From contig JAPLDA010000071.1 of the NCBI GenBank assembly GCA_026391945.1, positions 1,247-65,246 on the forward strand: a stretch of 64,000 bases of DNA, written 5' to 3'. This DNA comes from Bacteroidota bacterium. Lineage in GTDB: Bacteria; Bacteroidota; Bacteroidia; AKYH767-A; 2013-40CM-41-45. Positions 30,426-40,016 of the stretch are shown piece by piece. The translations under genes and the position numbers were made by a program. How positions within the stretch are numbered: the stretch's first letter is position 1; each line of letters begins with the position of its first letter. The notes under the pieces are model-generated. The model worked only from the letters and a program-made list of their open reading frames with translations. It searched no databases and was not told the origin of the DNA.

Positions 30426-30773
30426 ATGGCAATTAAAATAACTGAAGAATGTATCAACTGCGGTGCATGCGAACCTGAATGTCCGAACAATGCAATTTAT
30501 GAAGGCGGAGCCGAGTGGCGCTTTTCAGACGGCACCACTGTAAAAGGACCGTTTAAGAAACTGGATGGCACCGAGGTGGACTCCGATGCCGCACAAACCC
30601 CGGTTTCTATGGACCTCTATTACATCGTACCGGATAAATGTACTGAGTGCAAAGGCTTCCATGATGAACCACAGTGTGCAGCAGTCTGCCCGGTCGACTG
30701 TTGTGTGGATGATGAAACCCATCGTGAAAGCGATGATGTACTCCTGGGAAAGAAAGCAAAAATGCATATCTGA
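30426..30773 (+). CDS. 2[4Fe-4S] dicluster ferredoxin (YfhL-like)
   Basis: [12 protein letters not shown] and [18 protein letters not shown]. Promoter-like TATTTTTG at 30381-30388. Confidence 0.95.
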   Translation: MAIKITEECINCGACEPECPNNAIYEGGAEWRFSDGTTVKGPFKKLDGTEVDSDAAQTPVSMDLYYIVPDKCTECKGFHDEPQCAAVCPVDCCVDDETHRESDDVLLGKKAKMHI

Positions 30774-30793
30774 AACCTGAAACTACGTGAATC

Positions 30794-30835
30794 AAAATCC
30801 GTCCGGTTGACTTGCCGGGCGGATTTTCTTTTTTT
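30794..30835 (+). terminator. Intrinsic terminator after the ferredoxin gene
   Basis: AAAATCCGTCCGG...CCGGGCGGATTTT followed by a T run. Confidence 0.85.
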
Positions 30836-30934
30836 GTATCATTGATCGCTTAATCCAACTTATACCGATATGGTATCATACCTCCGCCAAGGCGGATTGG
30901 ATTATTTAATATTGAGTAACGGTATTACCATCCA

Positions 30935-31837
30935 TTGAAAACAAATCGGTTAATAATCATTATTTTTTTGCTTGTCCTTGCGGGCACTTTCTCTCAAGCC
31001 CGGACAGAACAGGAAAATCCTTCTCCTGTTAATAGATCCATGGCGGATTCACTGAACTCCCTGGCTAAAATCATGTTGCATGGAGAAAATGATTCGGTAA
31101 GGATTTCCGCCAATGCATCATTCAAAAATAAAATCAGCGACGTCCTCGGCCAGCCGGATGTAATTGAATTTGATTCGGTCAAAAATATTTCCTCATTAAC
31201 TGCTCCTGACAACAGTTTCCGGATCTTAACCTGGACACTTCCTTCCTATGATGGTTCGTATACATTTTTCGGTTTCATACAAACGACCGACAAAAAAACA
31301 AAACAACACCATGTTATTGAGCTGACCGATTCAACGCTGACAATTGACAAACCTGAATCCTCAAAACTCAAAGCCGGCCGATGGTACGGAGCCGTGTATT
31401 ACAAAATACTGTTGAATAAGAAAGAAGGAAAAAATTTCTATACGCTGCTGGGATGGAAAGGAAAAAATCAAATGGCCACACAAAAAGTGGTGGATGTGCT
31501 TTACTTTCCAGGGGATGTGCCGCTCTTCGGATATCCATTCTTTAAAACGGAAAATGTTTACCGGAACCGTTTGATATTTGAATACACTTCGCAGGCCGTG
31601 ATGTCGCTTCACTATGAAGACAAAAAAAAATTAATTGTATTCGATCATCTGTCATCATCCGGAAAAGGGGAAACCAACCACCCACTGCAGGGCCCTGGTG
31701 GCTCATTTGATGCACTTCAATTTAAAAATGGCAAATGGATTTTGTTAAAGGATATTGATACCCGGAATTACCGCGAACCGAAGGAGCAGCCGAAAGAACC
31801 GCAGATTCATGAAGCGCCGGTTAAACTAATCAAATAG
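30935..31837 (+). CDS. Exported hypothetical protein
   Basis: Signal peptide, 300 aa, WYGAVYY and YTLLGW motifs; TTG start. Confidence 0.75.
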   Translation: MKTNRLIIIIFLLVLAGTFSQARTEQENPSPVNRSMADSLNSLAKIMLHGENDSVRISANASFKNKISDVLGQPDVIEFDSVKNISSLTAPDNSFRILTWTLPSYDGSYTFFGFIQTTDKKTKQHHVIELTDSTLTIDKPESSKLKAGRWYGAVYYKILLNKKEGKNFYTLLGWKGKNQMATQKVVDVLYFPGDVPLFGYPFFKTENVYRNRLIFEYTSQAVMSLHYEDKKKLIVFDHLSSSGKGETNHPLQGPGGSFDALQFKNGKWILLKDIDTRNYREPKEQPKEPQIHEAPVKLIK

Positions 31838-32501
31838 GAATACGATTCTTTTTCTTTTGAACGGATTTATTTTTTTCAAAGTACTTACACCATTTTTTCA
31901 ATCCACATTCATCACATTTCGGACTCCGGGCTAAACAGGTATATCTTCCATGCAAAATCAGCCAGTGATGTGCGATTGAAATTTTTTCTTCGGGAATGTT
32001 CTTTACCAGTTGTCTTTCTGTCTCCAGCGGATTTTTAGCATTGCTGCTAAGGCCTAATCTTGCCGACACCCTGAAAACATGGGTATCCACTGCCATCGTC
32101 GGAAGATTATATACAACGGATGCAATCACATTGGCGGTTTTCCTGCCCACTCCCGGGAGTTTCTGAAGTTCAGTTACATCGGAAGGCACCACACCATGAA
32201 AATCGCTCACCAGCATCTTCGCCATTCCAACGAGATGTTTTGATTTATTATTCGGATAACTGATGCTTCTGATCAATGGAAATACTTCTTCGGCAGTTGA
32301 AGCCGCCAGCACTTCAGCCGTTGGAAACGATTTCAGAAAAGCAGGCATGGTCATGTTTACGCGCTTATCCGTGCACTGAGCCGATAAGATCACTGCCACG
32401 AGGAGTTCATACGGGTTGGTATATTCGAGTTCCGTTTCAGCAACAGGGCGGTATTTGCTGAAGTATTTGATGATCCTGTCGTATCGCTCTTTCTTTGTCA
32501 T
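31830..32501 (-). CDS. nth: Endonuclease III
   Basis: LSAQCTD, HhH LPGVGRKTA, VDTH, Cys cluster C.ARSPKC..C.....C. Confidence 0.97.
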   Translation of the reverse strand: MTKKERYDRIIKYFSKYRPVAETELEYTNPYELLVAVILSAQCTDKRVNMTMPAFLKSFPTAEVLAASTAEEVFPLIRSISYPNNKSKHLVGMAKMLVSDFHGVVPSDVTELQKLPGVGRKTANVIASVVYNLPTMAVDTHVFRVSARLGLSSNAKNPLETERQLVKNIPEEKISIAHHWLILHGRYTCLARSPKCDECGLKKWCKYFEKNKSVQKKKNRIPI

Positions 32502-32670
32502 GCTTACAAAGGTAGAAATGCACAGTTCACACCGGAAAAATAAAATTTCACCATGCTAAAAAAGACCTGCGCCGAAAAATATTGATTTCAGCGGCCTGTA
32601 AAAATACATTCGCTAAAGAAAATAAATCAAATGCCTATGGATAAATGAAAAACTTGTAAAAGGTTAGAGA

Positions 32671-32711
32671 GAAAAAAGAGTCACCGGAAACCCCGGTGAC
32701 TCTTTCTTTTT
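32671..32711. terminator. Bidirectional intrinsic terminator
   Basis: AAAGAGTCACCGG-aaacc-CCGGTGACTCTTT with U-rich tails on both strands. Confidence 0.85.
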
Positions 32712-32935
32712 CAAGCCAGCGATTCTTTTGAAAAAGCAAGAATCTTTTCCATGCTTTTTTCAGAAGGCCCGGGCATCTGTTCGTTCAATGCTTTAAAAAC
32801 TTCCGTGATCTCTTTGTATTCCTGCTGCACGAGCGGGTCTCCATCGATGTTCCGCTGAATCCGGTCGGAGTCTGAGAGGTTTGTTTCGTTGTAAGCATAA
32901 AGAACAAGGTCTTTCAAAGTAGTCGTTTTTATCAT
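32711..32935 (-). CDS. Small protein downstream of the ECF sigma factor, possible soluble anti-sigma factor
   Basis: 74 aa, helical; L..Y.Y.E pattern resembles anti-sigma N-terminal domains; no HxxxCxxC. Confidence 0.65.
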   Translation of the reverse strand: MIKTTTLKDLVLYAYNETNLSDSDRIQRNIDGDPLVQQEYKEITEVFKALNEQMPGPSEKSMEKILAFSKESLA

Positions 32936-33005
32936 GCATTTCATTTTTTAGTTTGATCATGATAGAACGACGGCACCCCGGGGTTATTGTATGCATTTAA
33001 AAAAA

Positions 33006-33593
33006 TTATTCGCGGAGGCTGATCTTTTCTTCTTTGATCATTTCCCGCATTTTCAGGATTGCATAGTGCATCCTTCCCAAAGCAGTATTGATGTTGATAT
33101 TGAGAATTTGGGAAATCTCTTTGAATGAGAGTTCCGCATAATGCCTCATCACCACCACTTCGCGCTGTTCGAAAGGTAGCCGGTCGATGAGTTGCCTTAC
33201 CTTATTGATTTTTTCGTCGTGGATGATTTCTTCAACCGCATTCCTGCTTCTCTGCGGCATGAAATCGAACACGCTGTATTCATCGGTATCTCTTTGCATC
33301 GGCATGTGCCGTTCCTTACGGAAATGATCGATTACCAGGTTGTGTGCAATCCTGACTGCCCAGGGAAGGAATTTACCTTCCTCGTTGTAGCGTTTCTCAC
33401 GAAGGCTGACAATGATCTTAATAAACGTTTCCTGATACAGGTCTTCTGCCAGTTCGGGTTTGCGAACAAGAAAGAAAATGGAAGAATAAATTTTTTGTTT
33501 GTACCGGTGAATCAGTTCGGCGATGGCCTGTTGTTCACCTTTTTGGTAGAGACGTACAAGGTCTCTGTCACTCATCAATTGAGGATTTTGCAT
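33006..33593 (-). CDS. ECF-type RNA polymerase sigma-70 factor
   Basis: Region 2 AEDLYQETF...W..RIAHN..IDHFR; region 4 LPFEQREV...LSFKEI...NTALGRM. Minus-strand TATATTTG at 33733-33740. Confidence 0.93.
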   Translation of the reverse strand: MQNPQLMSDRDLVRLYQKGEQQAIAELIHRYKQKIYSSIFFLVRKPELAEDLYQETFIKIIVSLREKRYNEEGKFLPWAVRIAHNLVIDHFRKERHMPMQRDTDEYSVFDFMPQRSRNAVEEIIHDEKINKVRQLIDRLPFEQREVVVMRHYAELSFKEISQILNININTALGRMHYAILKMREMIKEEKISLRE

Positions 33594-33824
33594 AGCTCTG
33601 CTTTAATTGTTAGTTGAAATAATTAAAGTAGAAGTTATGCTATGCTTGTCCTCCGGTTTTTAAGATGATGGTAAAATTACTTAAGTTTTGTACGCCCTTC
33701 TGAAAGAGAAGATACTTCCTCCAAAAGATTTTCAAATATAGAATGTTGATTTAAAGAAAGCAAATTTTTTAAAACAAACCCAGAGAAAATGTAAACAAAT
33801 GGCTGTTTTTAACTGCATGTCCTC

Positions 33825-35237
33825 TCATTTATACTGAAAACCGGCGTTGAACATACTTTTTTGTTTCATCGTTGCCTCAACGCTTTCAATGGTTCTTGGT
33901 GCTTTTCCTGAAAGGTTCTCATAGCCGGTGGCGGTGATCAGGATATCATCTTCAATCCTGATCCCGATGTTCCACCATTTCGGATCACAGGGGCTTCCGT
34001 CGGGAATATAAATCCCCGGTTCAACCGTGATGATGTTACCGGGTTGAAGATTCCCGAACGTTCCATGGTCATGAACATCCAGTCCGAGGTAATGTGAAGT
34101 ACCATGCATGAAGTACTTGCGGTAATCTTTTTCATCTTTGATAATTCCAAGATCCGCCAATCCTTTCTTGATTACAGCCGTTGCCGCTTTACCGGGAGCC
34201 TGGAATTCATTGCCGGGTTTGCATTCGAGGAAGGCCGCTTCCTGTGCGTGATAAACAACTGCGTAGATCGCCTTTTGTTCATCCGAAAAATGACCGCTTA
34301 CCGGCCATGTTCTGGTCACGTCGGCAGAGTAGCCATGATACTCAGCACCCATATCGAGCAGAAGGACATCACCGGTTTCCAGCTTTCTCCTGTTGCTTTC
34401 GTAATGAAGAATGCAACTGTTTTCTCCACCTCCGCAAATGGATGGATAACCGACATATTCGGATCCGTTTTTTTTGAAAACATATTCACCGATTGCCTGC
34501 GCCTGGTATTCTGTCATTCCCGGTTTCACTGACTTCATCATTTCAATATGTCCTTCGCAGGTCATCGAAACAACCTTTTTCATCAAAGCAATTTCTTCCG
34601 GTTGCTTTACTTCCCTCATGGCTGCTAGCCAGCCCGATAATTTATAACTGTCGCCATTTTCAGGCGGATAATTTGATTTTTTTTTGAACTGTTCTACCAG
34701 GTCAAATAAGTCGGATTTTTCTCTTCTATCATCCACTACTCCTTTAGGCAAAGGCAAATAAAAAAGTGAATTGAAATTTTTAAATGGAACCATAAGAGTA
34801 TCGAAAACTTCATTGATAAAAGTGGTTTGAATTCCCAATAACTGTGACGCTGCTTTGGAACTCAGCCTCCTTCCGTTCCACACTTCTGTTGCCGGATCCC
34901 TCTCGCGTAAAAAGAGGCATTCATTCGTCAGGGCTCCGCCAATGGATTGCATTTCTTTAAATATCATAAGCAGAGCATCCGGTTCGGTAAACCCGGTGAG
35001 ATAATAAAAATCAGGGTTCTGATGGTATTGAAAATCATCATCATTGGAACGGTTCCTCTCGGGCGCTGAAAACAAAACAGCCATTGATTTTTCCGGCATC
35101 CGGCTCCTCAACGAATCCCTCCTGCCCTGGTGAAATTCTTTTGAAAGAAAATCCGTTTCATAACGGTACAACCGGGTATCCTGACTTTTCAGTTCAGAAA
35201 AAATAAACAGCATACCCAACAAACAAATGTTTCGCAT
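33825..35237 (-). CDS. pepP: Xaa-Pro aminopeptidase (M24B) with signal peptide
   Basis: DFYYLTGF, ILHY, LDMG...ADVTRT, HGTSHYLGLDVHD, TVEPGIY, GIRIEDD. Confidence 0.9.
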   Translation of the reverse strand: MRNICLLGMLFIFSELKSQDTRLYRYETDFLSKEFHQGRRDSLRSRMPEKSMAVLFSAPERNRSNDDDFQYHQNPDFYYLTGFTEPDALLMIFKEMQSIGGALTNECLFLRERDPATEVWNGRRLSSKAASQLLGIQTTFINEVFDTLMVPFKNFNSLFYLPLPKGVVDDRREKSDLFDLVEQFKKKSNYPPENGDSYKLSGWLAAMREVKQPEEIALMKKVVSMTCEGHIEMMKSVKPGMTEYQAQAIGEYVFKKNGSEYVGYPSICGGGENSCILHYESNRRKLETGDVLLLDMGAEYHGYSADVTRTWPVSGHFSDEQKAIYAVVYHAQEAAFLECKPGNEFQAPGKAATAVIKKGLADLGIIKDEKDYRKYFMHGTSHYLGLDVHDHGTFGNLQPGNIITVEPGIYIPDGSPCDPKWWNIGIRIEDDILITATGYENLSGKAPRTIESVEATMKQKSMFNAGFQYK

Positions 35238-35329
35238 GGTCGTCTGGAAAATGGAAGGATAAAAGTAAGAAAACAAAAAATGCTAAACTCATTTCTGAAT
35301 TTAGCATTTTCCGGAAAGCAAAGAGCCGG

Positions 35330-35563
35330 TTAAACTCTTCCCTTTTTTATAGCCTTTTCAATGACGGCACTGATGCCGTTCTTGTTGATCGTTCTTAATG
35401 CAGAAGTGGAAACCTTTAACGTAATCCACTCTCCCATTTCAGGTACATAAAACTTCTTTACCTGGAGATTTGGATGAAATTTCCTTTTTGTTTTTTTATT
35501 GGAGAAGGAAACACTGTTTCCTACCATCGCTCTTTTTCCTGTTAAATCGCAAACTCTTGCCAT
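35330..35563 (-). CDS. rpmB: 50S ribosomal protein L28
   Basis: MARVCDLTGK..MVGNSVSFSN.KTKRKF.PNLQ; start corrected to 35563. Confidence 0.96.
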   Translation of the reverse strand: MARVCDLTGKRAMVGNSVSFSNKKTKRKFHPNLQVKKFYVPEMGEWITLKVSTSALRTINKNGISAVIEKAIKKGRV

Positions 35564-35637
35564 GACTGTATTCCTTATTTTTATAAAACGGAGTGCAAAG
35601 AAAAGAAAATTTCTTCTACCTGCAAAAAATTTCTCAA

Positions 35638-36024
35638 TCAATCCATGAGGATAGCCGTTGCTTCGATTTCGATCAATAAATCAGGATGAACCAGTGATTT
35701 CACCTCCACAAGGGTCGTTGCCGGCCTTGTATCTTTGAAAAACTCTCTATGTGCCTTGCCTGCCTTTTCCCAGGTCGAAATATCCGTTACGAACATCCTG
35801 GTGCGCACCACATCCTTCATGCTTCCTCCCGCTTCTTCCAGTGCCTTTTCTATTTTCTCAAAGATGAACTTTGTCTGCGCGTACACATCCCCGGCACCTA
35901 TGATTTCATCGCCATCCACGGCCGTGGTCCCGGCAATTTCGATGATGTTTCCCACCCTGACAGCCCGGGAATAACCAACCTCTTTTTCCCATTTTGTTCC
36001 TGATGAAATCAATACCCGTTTCAT
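35638..36024 (-). CDS. Rid/YjgF family protein
   Basis: WEKEVGYSRAVR, AGTT, VVRTR, RPATT, IEIEA. Confidence 0.9.
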   Translation of the reverse strand: MKRVLISSGTKWEKEVGYSRAVRVGNIIEIAGTTAVDGDEIIGAGDVYAQTKFIFEKIEKALEEAGGSMKDVVRTRMFVTDISTWEKAGKAHREFFKDTRPATTLVEVKSLVHPDLLIEIEATAILMD

Positions 36025-36034
36025 GTATGTTGAC

Positions 36035-37288
36035 TTAGGAAATTGATTCGCCGGCAAGAATTTTCCTGAATAAATTCAGGCTATGCTGGCATGTTTCGAT
36101 GATCACCCTCTCCCTGTTATCACCCAACTGCAATTTCCGGGTTACCACACCGCCAGGTGTAGCTACGGCGATCCACACGGTTCCCACCGGCTTCTCCGGT
36201 GTGCCTCCATCTGGTCCGGCAATGCCTGAGCAGGCAATGGAACAATCGGTTTTGAATTTATTTTTTATGTGAAGAGCCATTTGATTGACCACCTCTTCGC
36301 TCACCACTCCTTTTTCCGATATCGTTTGCGCATCCACTTCCAGGAATTTGGTTTTGATTTCGTTGTGATAAGCAACCACGGAACCTTTATAATATTCTGA
36401 ACTTCCGGGTACGGTGGTAATCCTGTGTGCAATGTAACCACCGGTACAACTTTCAGCGGTTGAGACGGTGAGTTTTTTTTCTTTCAGGAGGCCGGCAACA
36501 AGCGATTCCAGGGTGTCGTCGTCATAGCCGTAAATGTACTTCCCGGCAATGGAGTGAAGTTTTGCCATTTCTTCTGCAATCTCCTGCCTGACTTCACTTT
36601 CAAGGTTACCGCTGCCGGATAACCTCATGCGTACAAGTCCCGGGGAAGGAAGATACGCAAGTTTGATGGTTGGAGGAAGACTGTTTTCCCATGTCTCAAT
36701 CAAATCGGAAAGATAGGATTCACCGATACCTTGTGTCAGCACTGTTTTGTGAAAAATGTGTGGCGTTCTGAAATTTTCTTTCAGCATCCGCAGCACGTCT
36801 TTTTCCATCATGGCTTTCATTTCATAAGGAACGCCCGGCATGGAAACAAAAAATTTATTCTTTTTTTCGAACCACATTCCCGGGGCTGTACCCATGGAGT
36901 TATGAATGACGGTGCATTTTTCAGGAACCTCCGCCTGGGAGCGATTGGTTTTCGTGACTTCCCGGCCTCTTGCCTTGAATATTTTTTCAATATCAAGAAA
37001 TACTTTCTCATCAAAACGAAGATTGGATTTAAAGTATTTGCACAACGTGATTTTGGTAAGATCATCTTTCGTCGGACCAAGTCCGCCGGTAACGAGGATC
37101 ACATCTGCTCTTTTCTCAGCTTCATTGAATGCGGCAATGATGTGTTCTTCGTTGTCGGATACAGCCGTTTTCTGAAAAACCCTGATCCCGGCTTCGTTTA
37201 ATTTTTGTCCCATCCACGCACTGTTTGTATCCACCACCTGCCCGATCAGCAACTCATCACCGATTGTAATTATTTCTGCTAACACCAT
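36035..37288 (-). CDS. cinA: Competence/damage-inducible protein A (MoCF-like plus PncC domain)
   Basis: IGDELLIGQVVDTN, GGLGPTKDD, GTAPG, AESCTGG, GIAGP.G. Confidence 0.95.
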   Translation of the reverse strand: MVLAEIITIGDELLIGQVVDTNSAWMGQKLNEAGIRVFQKTAVSDNEEHIIAAFNEAEKRADVILVTGGLGPTKDDLTKITLCKYFKSNLRFDEKVFLDIEKIFKARGREVTKTNRSQAEVPEKCTVIHNSMGTAPGMWFEKKNKFFVSMPGVPYEMKAMMEKDVLRMLKENFRTPHIFHKTVLTQGIGESYLSDLIETWENSLPPTIKLAYLPSPGLVRMRLSGSGNLESEVRQEIAEEMAKLHSIAGKYIYGYDDDTLESLVAGLLKEKKLTVSTAESCTGGYIAHRITTVPGSSEYYKGSVVAYHNEIKTKFLEVDAQTISEKGVVSEEVVNQMALHIKNKFKTDCSIACSGIAGPDGGTPEKPVGTVWIAVATPGGVVTRKLQLGDNRERVIIETCQHSLNLFRKILAGESIS

Positions 37289-37457
37289 ATTGAAAATAAT
37301 TTGATGCGAAGATAAACGTTCATAAACGATTCGGAGTCATCATCCATTTTTCAAATTCACTTTCTTGATTTGAAGAACAGGTATTATCATTTCATAATTG
37401 TATCGTATGTTTGGCAATATCTTTGTCCTGCCTGCGAGCCAAAAAAAAATCAGACGT

Positions 37458-38180
37458 ATGAAAACCATCATCAAAATCTTCTCCTTCGCACTACTCCTTC
37501 CCCTGACATCCTGCAGCCAGATTGACTTCAACAAAATCGGCAAAGAGATCGACAAGAACATCAACGGGAAAAAGCCGTTAACCAATACAGAAATCATTTC
37601 AGGACTGAAGGAAGCCCTGAATGTGGGGAGTAACAATGCCTCCTCTTCTGCATCTAAAATCGACGGTTATTTCAAACACCCGGTTATCAGCATACCATTT
37701 CCTCCTGAAGCGCAGCAAATGGAAAATACGCTGCGCTCGTTGGGAATGGGCAGGCAAGTGAATGATTTCGTGATGACCATCAACCGGTCTGCCGAAGAAG
37801 CAGCCAAACAGGCGGCGCCGATCTTCCTCGATGCCATCAAAAACATGACGATCACCGATGGCCTTCAGATTTTAAAAGGCAATGATTCAGCTGCTACAAG
37901 TTACCTGAGAAAATCAACTTCTTCCCCGCTCCATGATAAATTCAAACCGGTGATCAGGGCGGCGACTCAAAAAGTGGACGTAACGAAATACTGGAACCCA
38001 TTGGTGACGGCTTATGATCAAGTTCCATTTGTGTCAAAAGTAAACCCTGACCTCGAAGAGTATATTACACAAAAAGCCCTAAGCGGATTGTTTTACCTGG
38101 TGTCGCAGGAAGAATCAAAGATCCGTAAAGACCCGGCAGCGCGGGTGACGGACATCCTGAAAAAAGTATTCGGAAACTGA
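37458..38180 (+). CDS. DUF4197 lipoprotein
   Basis: Lipobox LTSC; GLKEAL, NRSAEEA, EESKIRKDP. Promoter-like TATCTTTG at 37418-37425. Confidence 0.85.
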   Translation: MKTIIKIFSFALLLPLTSCSQIDFNKIGKEIDKNINGKKPLTNTEIISGLKEALNVGSNNASSSASKIDGYFKHPVISIPFPPEAQQMENTLRSLGMGRQVNDFVMTINRSAEEAAKQAAPIFLDAIKNMTITDGLQILKGNDSAATSYLRKSTSSPLHDKFKPVIRAATQKVDVTKYWNPLVTAYDQVPFVSKVNPDLEEYITQKALSGLFYLVSQEESKIRKDPAARVTDILKKVFGN

Positions 38181-38189
38181 ATCGTTTTT

Positions 38190-39077
38190 TTAATACCCGA
38201 TTGAAATTTTATCCGGGTCTCCTTCCTGCGGACGAATGCTCATCACTGGAATTTTTGAATGGTTCACCACCTGTTGGGCAAAAGAACCCATGAACAAGCC
38301 GGCGCTTTCCTGTTCCGTCATGATGATGATTAAATCGGCATTGATCTGCGTTGCATAATCCATGGTCATGCCGGCGATGTTATCCCCTTTAAAAACTTTT
38401 ACTGTATAGGGAATTTCATGTTGCTCGACATATTCTTTTACCTGGTGAACCTTGACTTCAAACCTTCGCTGCATCTCCACATCATTCATGGTCATGATGC
38501 CGGCGATGTGAACCACGGAATTGTAATGTTTGGCAAGTTCAACGGCATGCTTCACCTTCTGCCTTGATACAGAAGAATTATCAATCGGCAGCACAATATC
38601 TTTGAATCCTATTTTTTTTGCATGAGTCTGAACCGTTATAACCGGGCAGGGAGCACCCATCACCACACGATAGGAATTACTTCCCATCAGGAATTCCTGG
38701 AACCCGCTTGAGCCATGAGTTCCCATGACGAGGATATCAATACTTTTTTCTTCTGCAACGTTGATGATCTTCTTGTATATCTTTCCAACTTCGGCATAAC
38801 AATGAACCGTCATCCCGCTGCCACGGTGAAGTTTGTCGGCAATCTCTTTGAGCCTGGCTTTGGCCGATGTTTCAATCTTGGATTCATATTCACTCTGTGA
38901 TTTCGAAAAAGCGCTGCTAATCGTTGAGGTAAAGGAATATGATTCGATCACATGCAACAGGTGGATTTCGGCTTTATGAAGTTTTGCCATGAACGTGGCG
39001 TGTTCCAGCGCAAGTTCTGCTGTCTCGGAAAAATCGTACGGGATCAGGATCTTTTGAATGTGAAATTTTTTGCTCAT
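38190..39077 (-). CDS. Universal stress protein (tandem Usp domains)
   Basis: ILIPYDFS, MGTHGSSG..EFLMGSN, PCPV. Confidence 0.92.
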   Translation of the reverse strand: MSKKFHIQKILIPYDFSETAELALEHATFMAKLHKAEIHLLHVIESYSFTSTISSAFSKSQSEYESKIETSAKARLKEIADKLHRGSGMTVHCYAEVGKIYKKIINVAEEKSIDILVMGTHGSSGFQEFLMGSNSYRVVMGAPCPVITVQTHAKKIGFKDIVLPIDNSSVSRQKVKHAVELAKHYNSVVHIAGIMTMNDVEMQRRFEVKVHQVKEYVEQHEIPYTVKVFKGDNIAGMTMDYATQINADLIIIMTEQESAGLFMGSFAQQVVNHSKIPVMSIRPQEGDPDKISIGY

Positions 39078-39095
39078 GATGTGGTGGTGTTGAGA

Positions 39096-39965
39096 TTAAT
39101 ATTCGAAAACCGATAGCGTGGTGTTCTTCCTGACTACCGGCCTGATGCTGAGTACGGGGATGTCGGTTCCGTTGATGATTTCCTGGGCTTCTGAACTGAT
39201 AAACATGTTGGTCCAATTCATTTCTTCCTGGGTCATGATCAGGATCAGGTCTGATTTGATTTTCCTGGCGTACTTCACCACTTCATCAGAAATATCCGAT
39301 CCATGAATGTATTCCACGGAACAAGATACATCATGTTGTTTTATAAAATCATGCACCTGGTCCATCTGGCGTTTCAACTTATTAACAATAAACTCATCAT
39401 CCGAAGTCAATACGGTAATGAGGTTAATCACCGAACCAAACAACCTCGCGATCTCAATGCCTTTCATCACTTTTTCTTTCGTTTCCTTGGTCAGATCGAG
39501 TGGCAGGACAATGTGTTTACAACCGAGACGGTGTTTCTTACCCCTGATGGTAATGACCGGGCAGGGTGATTCACGGATAACACGCAACGAATTGGATCCT
39601 ATGAATTTTTTTATTCCGCTTCCACCGCTGGTTCCCATAACGATAAAAGAACACTTTAGTTTTCTGGCGGCCTTCTGGATCTCCTCATAAACTTTTCCCC
39701 TGGCGATCATGGTTTCTACCTTGATACCGGATTTCTCGGTGGTATCATGAGCAAGTTTTTCAAGTTCCTTCCGGATTTTCTTTTCCATCGACTTATCTTC
39801 CTTCTTCTTCTTAAAGATCGGAAGCTGAAAAGATTCTTCGATGACATAGAGCAGCGTAAGGGTTGCTTTGGTAAGACGAGCCAGGTTGTACGACTGTCCA
39901 AGCGCAATAAATGATTGTTCAGAAAAGTCAACAGGAACAAGAATATGATTTCTTAAAACGGCCAT
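39096..39965 (-). CDS. Universal stress protein (tandem Usp domains), paralog of the neighbouring gene
   Basis: ILVPVDFS, MGTSGGSG..FIGSN, PCPV. Confidence 0.92.
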   Translation of the reverse strand: MAVLRNHILVPVDFSEQSFIALGQSYNLARLTKATLTLLYVIEESFQLPIFKKKKEDKSMEKKIRKELEKLAHDTTEKSGIKVETMIARGKVYEEIQKAARKLKCSFIVMGTSGGSGIKKFIGSNSLRVIRESPCPVITIRGKKHRLGCKHIVLPLDLTKETKEKVMKGIEIARLFGSVINLITVLTSDDEFIVNKLKRQMDQVHDFIKQHDVSCSVEYIHGSDISDEVVKYARKIKSDLILIMTQEEMNWTNMFISSEAQEIINGTDIPVLSIRPVVRKNTTLSVFEY

Positions 39966-40016
39966 AGCGTGGAAAATAATTTCTTAATATTGAGCAAAAA
40001 TAATTTATTCAGGCAC

